The translations under genes and the position numbers were made by a program. A stretch of DNA of 64,000 nucleotides. It comes from Thermoanaerobaculia bacterium. GTDB taxonomy: Bacteria; Acidobacteriota; Thermoanaerobaculia; UBA5066; Gp7-AA6. The stretch covers positions 7,825 to 71,824 of the forward strand of contig DASWCZ010000023.1 of the NCBI GenBank assembly GCA_036395755.1, given 5' to 3'. This document shows, piece by piece, positions 20,724 to 30,848 of this stretch; the first letter of the stretch is position 1; every line of letters begins with the position of its first letter. The notes under the pieces were generated by a model that saw only the letters and a program-made list of their open reading frames with translations, was not told the origin of the DNA and searched no databases.

Positions 20724-23137
20724 TGGACCGCTCCCGGGCCGCCGGCCGTGGCGGGACGAGGCTTTGCCGCGGGCGCCATGTGCTTCTCGAGCCACCCGAG
20801 CATCCGCTGCGTCGCGTCCACGGCGTTCACCAGCGACCAGTCTCCCGGGACGTGCCCCTCCCCGTCGTACACGGCGAGCTCGGCCGTCCGATTCAGTCGC
20901 TTCAGGGCGTTGAACATCTTCTCGGCGCCCTCGACGGGGCACGCGTCGTCCTTCTTGCCGTGGATCAGTAGAAACGGCGTGTGGATCTTGTCCGCCTGGT
21001 AATAGGGAGAGTTGGCGAGATACCGCCGCAGGTCCGCCCACGGATGCGTTCCCATTCGCCCTTGCCCGCTCTCCGACCAGACGAAGTTGAAGGTGCTGCC
21101 TCCCGGGCCCATGCGCGCGTATTCGCCCGCGAGATCGTAGAGGCCGTCGAGCGCGATCGCGGCGCGAAAGAGGTTGCTCTGCGTGATCATCGCTGCGGTG
21201 CTGTAGCCGCCATAGGACTGCCCCATGATCGCAACGCGCTCGATGTCGGCATATCCGTGGTCGGCGGCGTGATAGACCTGCGCCAGAATCGCGTCACCCA
21301 TCTCCTGGATGGGATTGCCTCCCTTGCCTTGAGGGCTCAACGGAACGTCGACCAGGAGCACCGCATAGCCGCGCGTCGTGAAGACTTGCACCGGAATCGA
21401 ATTCGGAGCTCCGCCGCCGTACTCCTGGGCCGTGTTCGACATCCGGGATCCCGCGTAGAAATAGACGACCATCGGCAGGCGGTCTCCCGCTTTCTTTCCC
21501 GGCGGAAGGAAGATCGCCGATTGGACCGCCTGCAGCCGGCCATCGAACCCCGGAACGGGAGAGCTGAAGATCTCGATCGGTCCGACGGCGATGCCGTCGA
21601 GGCGCGGCTCGACGTGAGTCAGCTGCTGCTTCGACGCGAAGTGGCTGTCGAATCGATAGAAGTCCGGCGGGGTATCGAGCGATTCGTAGCGCGCCACGAT
21701 CCCGCCCCCCGAGGCGGCTCCCGCCGCGTCGAACCGACCCCGGCCCTTCCAGAGAGCCGCGACCGCGCCGCTGCGCGCTTCGATTTTCAGGATCGACCGA
21801 TCGCCGGTGGTCTCGTCGTTCTGAACGATCGCAAAACTTCCCGCTTCAGGCTGCCAGAGCGTGTCGCGATCCGCCCGAATGGGATCGCCGACGGAAGAGA
21901 ACGTCTTCGGCGCGGTTCCGTCGAGCGGAACGAGCGCCAGCGCCTTCGGCGGAACGGAGTAATAGGTCTTCTCGCCCGCCGCCTCCTGTCCCAGGAGAAT
22001 CGCCTTCCCATCCGCCGTCAGAAGAAGCGGTGCCTCTTCCAGGTCTCCGAGCGAGGAGCCGAGCTGGCGTGGCAGCTTTCCCGGAGCAGCTGCGTCGGCG
22101 AGCCAGAGCTTCTTGTCCTTCCGATACGCGATTCGAGCGGTGCCCGGAATCCAACGATACGTGTCCTCGAAGTACTCGTTGTCCGGAACCTGGATATCCG
22201 ACGCGAGAACGACCGGCTTCCCGCCGGAGACCGGCACGACCGCGAGATCGTAATAGGTCTCCGAAGCCGTCTGCCCCTTCATCTTGAAGACCGAGAGGTA
22301 GGAGAGCCGCTTGCCGTCGGGAGAGAGCCGCAGACAGCTTGGCCGCGGCGTTGCGTCCGCGGGGACGACCATCCGCATCTTGCCCGTGGCGATGTCGATC
22401 GCCGCGAGCGCCGCGTTGTTCTCCCGGAGGAAGTGGGCCATCATGGCGTCCGGCGTCGACGCGCCGCCTCCGGTCGAGGCAGGCTCTCCGCTCGTTTGAC
22501 GAACGGTGACCGTCGGCTTTAACAACGGCGCCCCCGGCGGAGGATTCGCCGGAGGTCCGGAGGCGGGTGTCGAGAAGTCGGCCTGATCGGGGGGCCGGAT
22601 CGGTACGAAGACCTCGCGCTCGTCCGCGCTCCACTGGGCCTCGTCCCCGGGCCAGTGTTTCGCCTTGATCGGCGCCTCGGAGAGCCGCCGTGGCTGTCCC
22701 TTCGCGACGTCGTAGACCCAGAGCTGTGGCATCCCGCCCGAGTCGGAATAGAAAGCCACCATGCGTCCGTCCGGGGAGGGGGACGGACGCCAGCAGTTCC
22801 CCTTCTCCGGACAGGCCGGACGGGCCTCGCCGCCTTTGGTCTCGACGACGAACACGCGAAGACCGACCGCCGCCTCGGGCGTACCTCCCGGCGTGAACCG
22901 AATCCCTTCGGCCAGCTCGCTCGTCGGGCTGCGCGTCGGCGGCGAGTAGATCTCGTAGGCGAGAATGGCGCCGTTTCGGTTGACGACGGGACGCTCCCAG
23001 CGACGAACCGTCTTCTTCGAGAAGGCCAGATCGAGCGGAAGAGGCCCGGTGGCGGCGCGCTCGGCAGCGCCGAGCATTTCGGTGGTCAGAAGAGAAGCCA
23101 GCGCAACCCAAAGCGCTCTCCGAATCCGGATCGCCAT
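20720..23137 (-). CDS. S9 family serine peptidase with a TolB-like propeller, secreted; paralog b
   Basis: Signal peptide MAIRIRRALWVALASLLTTEMLGAAERA. The catalytic motifs are GQSYGGYST, HGKKDDACP and GEGHVP. Confidence 0.8.
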   Translation of the reverse strand: MAIRIRRALWVALASLLTTEMLGAAERAATGPLPLDLAFSKKTVRRWERPVVNRNGAILAYEIYSPPTRSPTSELAEGIRFTPGGTPEAAVGLRVFVVETKGGEARPACPEKGNCWRPSPSPDGRMVAFYSDSGGMPQLWVYDVAKGQPRRLSEAPIKAKHWPGDEAQWSADEREVFVPIRPPDQADFSTPASGPPANPPPGAPLLKPTVTVRQTSGEPASTGGGASTPDAMMAHFLRENNAALAAIDIATGKMRMVVPADATPRPSCLRLSPDGKRLSYLSVFKMKGQTASETYYDLAVVPVSGGKPVVLASDIQVPDNEYFEDTYRWIPGTARIAYRKDKKLWLADAAAPGKLPRQLGSSLGDLEEAPLLLTADGKAILLGQEAAGEKTYYSVPPKALALVPLDGTAPKTFSSVGDPIRADRDTLWQPEAGSFAIVQNDETTGDRSILKIEARSGAVAALWKGRGRFDAAGAASGGGIVARYESLDTPPDFYRFDSHFASKQQLTHVEPRLDGIAVGPIEIFSSPVPGFDGRLQAVQSAIFLPPGKKAGDRLPMVVYFYAGSRMSNTAQEYGGGAPNSIPVQVFTTRGYAVLLVDVPLSPQGKGGNPIQEMGDAILAQVYHAADHGYADIERVAIMGQSYGGYSTAAMITQSNLFRAAIALDGLYDLAGEYARMGPGGSTFNFVWSESGQGRMGTHPWADLRRYLANSPYYQADKIHTPFLLIHGKKDDACPVEGAEKMFNALKRLNRTAELAVYDGEGHVPGDWSLVNAVDATQRMLGWLEKHMAPAAKPRPATAGGPGAVQ

Positions 23138-23150
23138 GATTGTTTCCTTC

Positions 23151-25034
23151 CTAACCTTTCGGCACGAAGCCGGTCAGCTTGATCCGCAGGCTCGGTGTCT
23201 TTCCAGGATCCACGAGCTTCAGTCTCATGACGACTGGCCCGGTCTGAGCGCCAGGCTCGAGCGCCTCGAGGTTTCCGAGCATGTCGCGGAATTCGATGAT
23301 CGCTCCTTCCAGCTTTTTCTGATTCGTCGCGTTGAGGACCGTCGGCGCGTTCTCTGCGTCCTCCTTCTTCTGCTCCTCGCTCTGATCCTCCTCGAATCCG
23401 AAACCGGTGACCTCGAGGCGGATCGGCGGATAGATCGGTTCCTTCGAGGTATTTTTCAACCGGATCGGATATTCGACCTCGCTCGCCAGGGCGTCATAGC
23501 GGGTGGGATCGAAGACGAACTCGACCCGATCGAGCAGGCTCACCTCGACCCGCTCCCGTTCCGGCTTCGGCGGTTCGGGCGGAGAAGTCGTGCTCGTCTT
23601 CCTGCTCTCCTTCTTCGGAGGCGTCTCGACCTGTACTCGGGCGGTATAGATCTGGAACGTGCCGCTGCGCGAGTCCGCCCAGAAAGGGTGAAACACTCCA
23701 TCTTTATCGGCTGTCAGCCCCATGTAGTCGCCGCCGGATGCCCACCGGGTTGCTGCCGAAACCGCGGTCAAGTACGTCGTTTGCTTGTACCGGTAGACCG
23801 TCGGCTTCAGGACCGAATTCCCCGGACCCTTCGGGTTCGACAGAGCCGAGGAGATCCGAACCGAGGGAAGAAAAGTTCGGCCGCCGTCGAGCGAGGCGGT
23901 GAAGTACTCGTGATACTGCTTCCCATCCGAGGAATCGCGGGTGTCGAACCAGGACACGGCGACGACGCCGTCCTTGTTGACCGCGACGACCGGCTGAAAC
24001 TGCCGGGAAGCTGCGGGAGCCCCGGCATCCAGGGGCGCCGGCGCAGACCAATGGCCGCCCTTGTCAGCCGAGTAGGAAAAGAGGATACGGGGATTCTTGC
24101 CGTGAAAGTCGGGCCACGCGACATACATTCGGTTCTTGTACTCCGTCGACTGGGCGTCGGCGGCGAGGGCTGGAACGCCGAAGACGTCGCGTTCGTCGAG
24201 ATTGAACTCGATCGTCGCGATCTTCTTCCGGGGCGAGAACGTGACCCCGCCATCGGAGGAGGTCACCAGCCAGACCGAGCTCGACACCTTCCCGTGCAGC
24301 TTGACCTTCTCGGGGAGAAACTCGAAATCGATGTAGGGCACCACGAGTGTTCCGTCGGAGAGCACCAGGAGATTCTGGTCGTTGATCCCGATCGTGCCGC
24401 CGCCGTTCGCCGCCTCCACCGGGCCGGTGAAAGTGCGCCCGTCGTCGTCCGAGCGAAAGACCCCGACGCGGTAGACCGGATAGTCGTGAAGAACCCCGAT
24501 GTAGACACGGCCTGCATACTTTCCGAACGTCCGATCGACCGCGATCTGCTCGTGATCGTATGAGTAGCCGAGGTCCGCGGGAGGCTTCCAGCTCCGACCT
24601 CCATCTTCCGATCGATAGACATAAAGGCCAGCCCGGTCCTGCCCCTTGTCGTCTTTCACGAAGGCGAGCGCGGTGAAGAGCGCCGTGCCGGACGGCGTGA
24701 TCCCGACCTGGGGATCGCCGCCTCCAAAGTCGATCTGCTCCCGGAACTCGGAGGCGTTCCAGGATGAGCCTCCGTCGTCGGAAGCATAGGTGCGGCAAGC
24801 CTGGCCGCCGCTGGGCCTGGCCTCCGTAATCGCCGCGCCCACGAGATTTTTGCCGTTCTTGGGATTCGCGGCCAGCATCAGCTCGACGTGGGGAAAGTTC
24901 CCGTCGCGGGAGACGAGGATGTTGGGACCGACGAGAATCTTCGGCTTAGCCGCTGAAGTCTCCGCGAGCGGAAATGCCATCGCCGACAAGGCGCCGGCGA
25001 CGCCGGCGAGGATTGCTGAGATTCGAGTGTTCAT
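23151..25034 (-). CDS. Secreted BNR/Asp-box repeat protein (type A) with a C-terminal domain of about 150 aa of unknown function; paralog 2
   Basis: Signal peptide MNTRISAILAGVAGALSAMA. It has the conserved KILVGPNILVSRDGNFPHVELM and Asp-boxes (SDDGGSSWN, SEDGGRSWK, SDDDGRTFT, SSDGGVTFS, SADKGGHWS, ASLDGGRTF). The C-terminal ...SLLDRVEFVFDPTRYD...PIYPPIRLEVTGFGF... is shared with paralog 5. Confidence 0.75.
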   Translation of the reverse strand: MNTRISAILAGVAGALSAMAFPLAETSAAKPKILVGPNILVSRDGNFPHVELMLAANPKNGKNLVGAAITEARPSGGQACRTYASDDGGSSWNASEFREQIDFGGGDPQVGITPSGTALFTALAFVKDDKGQDRAGLYVYRSEDGGRSWKPPADLGYSYDHEQIAVDRTFGKYAGRVYIGVLHDYPVYRVGVFRSDDDGRTFTGPVEAANGGGTIGINDQNLLVLSDGTLVVPYIDFEFLPEKVKLHGKVSSSVWLVTSSDGGVTFSPRKKIATIEFNLDERDVFGVPALAADAQSTEYKNRMYVAWPDFHGKNPRILFSYSADKGGHWSAPAPLDAGAPAASRQFQPVVAVNKDGVVAVSWFDTRDSSDGKQYHEYFTASLDGGRTFLPSVRISSALSNPKGPGNSVLKPTVYRYKQTTYLTAVSAATRWASGGDYMGLTADKDGVFHPFWADSRSGTFQIYTARVQVETPPKKESRKTSTTSPPEPPKPERERVEVSLLDRVEFVFDPTRYDALASEVEYPIRLKNTSKEPIYPPIRLEVTGFGFEEDQSEEQKKEDAENAPTVLNATNQKKLEGAIIEFRDMLGNLEALEPGAQTGPVVMRLKLVDPGKTPSLRIKLTGFVPKG

Positions 25035-25077
25035 CGTGACCTCCGTTTTCGGGCTTCCCTCGCCCGGGTTCGAGCGC

Positions 25078-26997
25078 TCACCTGGGTCCGTCCTTCGCCT
25101 GCTCGTTCCCGGTGCCTTTGCCCGCCTTGCCGAGCACTTTCGCTTCGATCGAGATGAGGCTCCCGAGCCTCTCCAGCCGGTCGACCTTGAAAGCGGCGAG
25201 CTCTTTCAGGCGGAGCCGGACGCGCTTGGGTTTCGTGGAGGCGCCGGGAGGGAGGCGCCCGCCGGGAACTTCTGCGGTGAAGTCCCAGACCGCTCCCGCG
25301 CCCGTCATCCGGTTCGAGGCGTCGAGGATCTCGGGGACCGCGCTGCCGGAGTCGAGCTCGAGGACCCGGAGCTCGAGGGGCGCCGAGATCTCGTCCTTCG
25401 AAGTGTTCGTGATGGTCAGATCGAGGGTGACGACGCCGGTCTTCGGGTCGTAGGCCGTATTGTCGAAGTCGAGCGTGACCTGCTGCGTCACGTCTGACAG
25501 CGACGCGAGCTCGGGCGCGCCGTTGACGAACGCCGACCCTTCCACTCGGACCGCGGCGCTCCAGAGCTGCGGAACTCCGGTCCGGTCGTCCACCCAGAGC
25601 GGGTGGAACACGCCGTCGCCGTCCGCGGCAATCCCGCCCGTGTCGGCGGCTGCCAGGTAGTCGATCCACTGCGGGCCAATCTCCATGCGGATGTTTCCGC
25701 CGCGCGCCTTTGGCCGGCGGTGCCCGCCTCCGGTGCTGTGCGCCATCATCGGGAGCGCCTGCCCCCGGTGACTGGTGGAAAGGGCCTCGGAGACGCGCAC
25801 GCTCGGCGTGAAGGTCTCCCCTCCGTCGAGAGACGCCGCGAAACGCGCGCGCCACCCTCCGACGTTGTCGAAGCTCTCGCGCCGGTCGTACCAGGAGACG
25901 CCGACCACCCCCGCCCGATTCACGGCGACGGCCGGGATCATGTGGTCCCTGCCGCGATCCCGCTCCGCGGGCGAGCGATCATCAGAAATGGTTGCTGCCT
26001 TAGACCAGGTCTTCCCCTTGTCGGAGGAGAAGGAAAAGAGGATCTCGCACCGTCCGGAGCGCCGGTCCGTCCAGACGAGATACAGCCGGTCCTTGAATGG
26101 ACCCGTCGTCGCGTCGACCGCGAGGTACGGCATCCCGGGGGTCCAGCCTCGGCACATCGTCCACTCGCTGACGACGATGCCCTTGGCGAAATGGTCTCCG
26201 CCGTCCTCGGAACGGACGACCTTGACCGAGCCGGAGGGCCGGTCCTTCTCGACGTGCGCCAGGTTCTTCCGATCGTTCAACTCGAAGAACGGCGCGACGT
26301 ACGTGCCGTCCGACAGGACGGCGCCATTTCCCGTGCCGAGGGACATCTTGTCTCCGTCCGGAAGCAGCTTCCGCGGCGGGCCGAACGTCTGTCCGCCGTC
26401 GTCGGATCGGAAGAGCGTGAAGACGACGCGCTCGTCGCCGTCGACGGTGGGATCCGCGACCGCGTTTCCGTGCAGGTAGACGCGTCCGCGATGCGGGCCG
26501 GTCGTTCGGTCCACCGCCAGGTATTCGCGGTCGATGAACGGAAGGTGGACCGGCTCCGACCACGTCCGGCCGCCGTCGGCCGAGCGGTAGACCAGCGTCT
26601 CGTGATCCGCGTCGGACTCGTAGTGGAGCGGGAGCGTCGAGAAGTACGCCGACCCGTCGGGCGCAAAGCCGACGTCCGGGTCCCCCACGAAACGCGTCAG
26701 CTTCACCTCCAGAGTGGGCGCCCAGCTCTGGCCGGCGTCGCTCGACGCGTAGACGATCGTATGGCGGGAAGCGTCGCGCCCATCGAAGATCATTGCGCAG
26801 GCAAGGAGCCGTCGCGGGTCCGTCGGGCTCGCCGCCATGCCGACCTCGTGGTGCAGTCGTTCGGGGTTCCCACTGCTCACGCGCACGTTCTGTTCGACGC
26901 GGATCAAAGGGATCTCGGCAGCGGCCGACCTCGAGGACGCGGCGGAGGTGAGGAGCGCCGCGACGAGTCGCAGGAACGAGAGGCGCCGTCGGCTCAC
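25078..26997 (-). CDS. Secreted BNR/Asp-box repeat protein (type B); paralog 3
   Basis: Asp-boxes SSDAGQSWA, SADGGRTWS, SDDGGQTFG, SEDGGDHF, SSDKGKTWS and ASLDGGETF are present. I prefer the GTG at 26997 (VSRRRLSFLRLVAALLTSAASS) with GGAGAAGAA upstream. The tracked ATG is at 27057. Confidence 0.7.
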   Translation of the reverse strand: MSRRRLSFLRLVAALLTSAASSRSAAAEIPLIRVEQNVRVSSGNPERLHHEVGMAASPTDPRRLLACAMIFDGRDASRHTIVYASSDAGQSWAPTLEVKLTRFVGDPDVGFAPDGSAYFSTLPLHYESDADHETLVYRSADGGRTWSEPVHLPFIDREYLAVDRTTGPHRGRVYLHGNAVADPTVDGDERVVFTLFRSDDGGQTFGPPRKLLPDGDKMSLGTGNGAVLSDGTYVAPFFELNDRKNLAHVEKDRPSGSVKVVRSEDGGDHFAKGIVVSEWTMCRGWTPGMPYLAVDATTGPFKDRLYLVWTDRRSGRCEILFSFSSDKGKTWSKAATISDDRSPAERDRGRDHMIPAVAVNRAGVVGVSWYDRRESFDNVGGWRARFAASLDGGETFTPSVRVSEALSTSHRGQALPMMAHSTGGGHRRPKARGGNIRMEIGPQWIDYLAAADTGGIAADGDGVFHPLWVDDRTGVPQLWSAAVRVEGSAFVNGAPELASLSDVTQQVTLDFDNTAYDPKTGVVTLDLTITNTSKDEISAPLELRVLELDSGSAVPEILDASNRMTGAGAVWDFTAEVPGGRLPPGASTKPKRVRLRLKELAAFKVDRLERLGSLISIEAKVLGKAGKGTGNEQAKDGPR

Positions 26998-27084
26998 TTC
27001 TTCTCCACGCTTCCGGAGGAGAGAGATCGAAGCACCTGTCAACGCGAACGTCTCCATGCGAATGAGCCTCCCGTCACCGATCCG

Positions 27085-28446
27085 TCACTTCGTCGCCGAA
27101 GCGGCGTTTTGCGCCGTTGCCTTTCGCTCCACTTTCACGACCGACTGACGGAGCCGGTACATTCCGTCGCGGCTGTCGGACCACAGCACGTGGAAGCTCC
27201 CGTCCGGCCGCGCCGCGAGCCCGGTGTAGTCGCCGCCCGCCGGCCATCGCGCTTTCGCCAGCCCGTTCCGCGGTGCGTCGGCGCAGCTCGGGGCGCTCGA
27301 CACCTTCACGTCCGGGAGGAAGGTCTCGCCGCCGTCGAGTGACGCCGCGAAGTAGAGCTCGACGCACTGGTAGATGTCCTTGAACTTCAGCTTCTCGTGG
27401 CGCGCGTCGTACCAGGTGATGCCTACGACGCCGTCCTTGTTCACAGCGATCGAAGGCGTACGGACGTATGGTCGGCGTCCGGACGAGACGTTGACTCGGA
27501 CCGGCTTCGACCAGGTCTCCCCCCGGTCGACCGAGCGTTGGAGCAGAATCTCCTCGAATCGCTGCGTGTTGCAGAGCCAATAGAGGCGATCGCGCGTCGG
27601 ACCGCCGGACGAGTCGACGGCGAGCGACGGAAACCCGCGCCCGCACGCATCGGAGATCATCATGGGCGCCGCAAACGTCTTTCCCTTGTTGCGCGAGACC
27701 GCCATCCAGGAGCGTCCCGGCTCGAGCCAGATTGGTCCCTCGGGGCCCGGCCGCTGGTAGTCGGCGAACGACGCGAGGACCTCGGTGTCGGAGAGGACGA
27801 CCAAGGTCATCGCGTTGCTGTCGAGGTTGCTCGGAAAAAAGCGCGTCGGCTCGGCAAAGCTCCGGCCGCCGTCGTCCGAGCGCGCCACGAAGACGCTCGT
27901 CCGGTGCTTCCCGCTCGCGGGCTCGTTCGTATCCTGACTCGCCAGCAGGTACACGGGACCCCTCGAGTCGGCGAAGAGCGTCTCGTGATCGAGGTTCCCG
28001 TCGAACGCGAGCGATTTGCTCCACGTCCGCCCGCCGTCTCCGGAGCGGTAGACGAGCAGCGCGCCCGCTCCGAGCACCGACAGAAGAGCGCTGCCGTCGG
28101 ATGCGAAGGCGGTCCACACGTCGGCGCAGTCCGAGAGACCGAGATTCCGGTGACTCCAGGTCGCGCCCGTGTCGAAGGAGACGAAGGAGGCGCAATCAGT
28201 TTGGGAGATATCCGGTTTCGTGAGGACGATCGAGGCGGCGAGCAGGTGCTTTCCGTCGGCCGGATCCACTGCGAGGTGCGGCTCGATGAGCGGTGCGGTG
28301 TCGTATTCGGCCGCGACGGGCCGGTCCTCACCGACCTCGATTGTGCCGGAGGCGGACGGGGAGGAAGCGAGGACCGGGGCCGACGCGCCGAGCAGAAATA
28401 AGACAGCGGCGCGGCGCGCGAGACCGAGGGGAACTCCGCGGCTCAC
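27085..28446 (-). CDS. Secreted BNR/Asp-box repeat protein (type B); paralog 4
   Basis: Asp-boxes SFDTGATWS, SGDGGRTWS, SDDGGRSFA, SRNKGKTFA, SVDRGETWS and ASLDGGETF are present. The signal peptide VSRGVPLGLARRAAVLFLLGASAPVLASS starts at the GTG at 28446. The tracked 583-aa ORF has a spurious extension. The exact start is uncertain. Confidence 0.65.
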   Translation of the reverse strand: MSRGVPLGLARRAAVLFLLGASAPVLASSPSASGTIEVGEDRPVAAEYDTAPLIEPHLAVDPADGKHLLAASIVLTKPDISQTDCASFVSFDTGATWSHRNLGLSDCADVWTAFASDGSALLSVLGAGALLVYRSGDGGRTWSKSLAFDGNLDHETLFADSRGPVYLLASQDTNEPASGKHRTSVFVARSDDGGRSFAEPTRFFPSNLDSNAMTLVVLSDTEVLASFADYQRPGPEGPIWLEPGRSWMAVSRNKGKTFAAPMMISDACGRGFPSLAVDSSGGPTRDRLYWLCNTQRFEEILLQRSVDRGETWSKPVRVNVSSGRRPYVRTPSIAVNKDGVVGITWYDARHEKLKFKDIYQCVELYFAASLDGGETFLPDVKVSSAPSCADAPRNGLAKARWPAGGDYTGLAARPDGSFHVLWSDSRDGMYRLRQSVVKVERKATAQNAASATK

Positions 28447-28475
28447 ACACGACGGAGGGGACCCGCAGATGATCT

Positions 28476-30848
28476 TCAAGGCGAAGCCGCGTTGCGAGCG
28501 CTCTCGTCGGCCGCGGGCCGCTTCCCGCCCTTCAAGTGTCGGTCGAACCAGGCGAGCACTCGATTCAGTACGTCGAGCTGATTCGCGAAGCTCCACGTGC
28601 CCTCCCAATGCCCTTCGCCTTCGTACCGGACATAGCTCACCGGTTTTCCAAGGCGCCGCAGCCCGGTGAAGACCTCGTCGGCGAGGAATGCGGGTACCGC
28701 GTCGTCCTTGTCCCCATGAATGATCAAGAGAGGCGTCTCGACGCGGTTGAGGTAAAAGATGGGCGAGTTCTCCAGGTAACGCTCGCGAAACTCCCAGGGG
28801 CTTCCACCCATCCTTCCCTGGCCGCTCTCGGACCACTCGAGCCCGTAGTTCGTTCCGTCGGGGGCGAGCTGCCCGTACGCGCCGATCAGGTCGCCCATCC
28901 CGGCGCGCATCACGGCCGCCCGGAAACGTCGAGACTGGACGATCAGGGAGAGGGTGCTGTAACCGCCGTAGCTGTGTCCGGTGATCCCGATGCGCGCGGG
29001 GTCGGCCACACCGGACTCGACTGCCTTGTTGATGCCGGGCATGACGCTCTTCATGAGATCGACCATGGGGCTTCCCACGTTCAGCTTCGAGTCGGCGAGC
29101 AGGAGCGCGTATCCGCGAGTGGCGAAGAGCTGCAGGTTCTCGATCGCGGCGCTCGCGTATCCGAAGCGGTTCAGATCGTTGGATATCGAGCTTCCTCCAT
29201 AGACCTTGACGATGAGGGGATAACGCTTACCGGCTCTGTAGCCAGACGGATAGACGAGCGCGCCCCTCTGGATCTCCCCGTCGATGCTGCGCCACTCGAT
29301 GACCTCCGCTCGCCCGAAAGATCGGTTTGCGAGCGAAGGGGCGACCTCGCTGACCTTTCGAGCCTGCGCGAAGTCCCCGCTGCGCAGGAAGAGATCCGGG
29401 GGGTGGACTGCGTCCTCCGCAACGTAGGCGACGCTCGCCCCGTCGGAAGAAATCGTGGGCTCCGTGCCGTATCCGCCGTAACGTTTGTCCTCTTCGAAAA
29501 TCGGAGAGACGGCGCCCGACTGAAGGTCGATTCTCGCGAATCCCACGCGCTTGGTGCTCGGATTCGAGCTCATGACCAGCGCAAACCGGCCCCGGACGGG
29601 CGAAAAAAGGCGTTGCTGCCGCGGAGCGATGATTTCGAGCTCGTGTGCCTTCGACGTTGCAAACGCTGCAGCCCCCGACCCGTCCGCCGGCGCACGCCAG
29701 AGGACACCCTCGCGGATGAAGAAAACGTTCTGCCCCGACTCGTCCCAGGTCGGCGGATCCACCTCGAAGGCCAGCTTCTCGGTCCGCGGGTTCTGGGCGA
29801 TCCGACGAGACGGTCCGCCGGCCGCCGAGACGACGTGGACCTCGTCCTCCGCGGAGGGTCCGCCGGTTCGCCAGGCAATGCGATCGCCGGCGGGCGCCCA
29901 ACTGAAGGAATTCGCGAGAAGCGTCAGGCGCAAATTCGATGCGACGACCCGAGGCTCACCACCGGAAAGGTCCTGCACGACGAGGTCGTAAAGGTATTGA
30001 CCCGTTCCGGGTTTCTCCGATCGAGTCAGTAACGTATAGGCGACCCGCCGATGGTCCGCGGACACCGCGTAGTGTCCGATGCGGGAGCCTTTCGCGAGTC
30101 GGCGAACCTTTCCGGTGTCCACGTCGATCAAACCGAGATCCCGCCGCCAGAGATCGAGGTTGATCTGGTCGGTGCTCGGAACCGCCTCGGGAGTCGAGGG
30201 ATCGAACTCGAAGACCTTGGCCGTTACGCCGGAATTCGACGCGCCCGCTGTTCCCTTGCCCTCGATTCGGGCGGCGTAGCCCTCCCGTCCGAGGTCTTCC
30301 GAAAAGAGAGAAACGAGGACCGAGCGCTCGTCGCCGGCCCACCCGATTCCAGCAAAACCTTCCCGAACGTCCGCGGCGCCGATCTGGCGCAGCTTTCCGG
30401 TGGCACGATCCCATATCCAGAGGCGGGCCGGCCCGATCCGGGGACCGCCGCTGCGGTCCGACAGGAACGCGAGACCGCGGCCATCCGGAGACCAGCTCGG
30501 TGCCCAGCTGTTCCCGACTCCCCCTGTGACGTTGCGACGCTGCCCGGTCTCGAGATCACTCACCCAGATGTCGGAGGCCACGCCGTACCAGGCGACTCCG
30601 GCGCGAAGAAGCTCCTTGTCGTCCACAGCCTCGCGCCGGCGGCTGTTGTCCGTGACGACGTACGCGAGCAGCCGCTTGTCCGGTGAAAATGCGGGAGGCG
30701 AGTAAGGCGCCAGGGTGGGCGCATGCAGCACCTCTTCCACCGAAAGCGGCCCGGCGGGAGAATTCGTTTGACGGGGATGAGCGGCGAGCGAACAAATGGC
30801 GAGCAGCAGAGGGAGCGAGGCGGCCCGGAGAAATCGAAGAGATTTCAT
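28476..30848 (-). CDS. S9 family serine peptidase with a TolB-like propeller, secreted; paralog c
   Basis: Signal peptide MKSLRFLRAASLPLLLAICSLAA. The catalytic motifs are GHSYGGYST, HGDKDDAVP and GEGHWEG. The ATG at 30848 shares one nucleotide with the stop of the upstream 43-aa BNR remnant (TGATG). Confidence 0.8.
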   Translation of the reverse strand: MKSLRFLRAASLPLLLAICSLAAHPRQTNSPAGPLSVEEVLHAPTLAPYSPPAFSPDKRLLAYVVTDNSRRREAVDDKELLRAGVAWYGVASDIWVSDLETGQRRNVTGGVGNSWAPSWSPDGRGLAFLSDRSGGPRIGPARLWIWDRATGKLRQIGAADVREGFAGIGWAGDERSVLVSLFSEDLGREGYAARIEGKGTAGASNSGVTAKVFEFDPSTPEAVPSTDQINLDLWRRDLGLIDVDTGKVRRLAKGSRIGHYAVSADHRRVAYTLLTRSEKPGTGQYLYDLVVQDLSGGEPRVVASNLRLTLLANSFSWAPAGDRIAWRTGGPSAEDEVHVVSAAGGPSRRIAQNPRTEKLAFEVDPPTWDESGQNVFFIREGVLWRAPADGSGAAAFATSKAHELEIIAPRQQRLFSPVRGRFALVMSSNPSTKRVGFARIDLQSGAVSPIFEEDKRYGGYGTEPTISSDGASVAYVAEDAVHPPDLFLRSGDFAQARKVSEVAPSLANRSFGRAEVIEWRSIDGEIQRGALVYPSGYRAGKRYPLIVKVYGGSSISNDLNRFGYASAAIENLQLFATRGYALLLADSKLNVGSPMVDLMKSVMPGINKAVESGVADPARIGITGHSYGGYSTLSLIVQSRRFRAAVMRAGMGDLIGAYGQLAPDGTNYGLEWSESGQGRMGGSPWEFRERYLENSPIFYLNRVETPLLIIHGDKDDAVPAFLADEVFTGLRRLGKPVSYVRYEGEGHWEGTWSFANQLDVLNRVLAWFDRHLKGGKRPAADESARNAASP

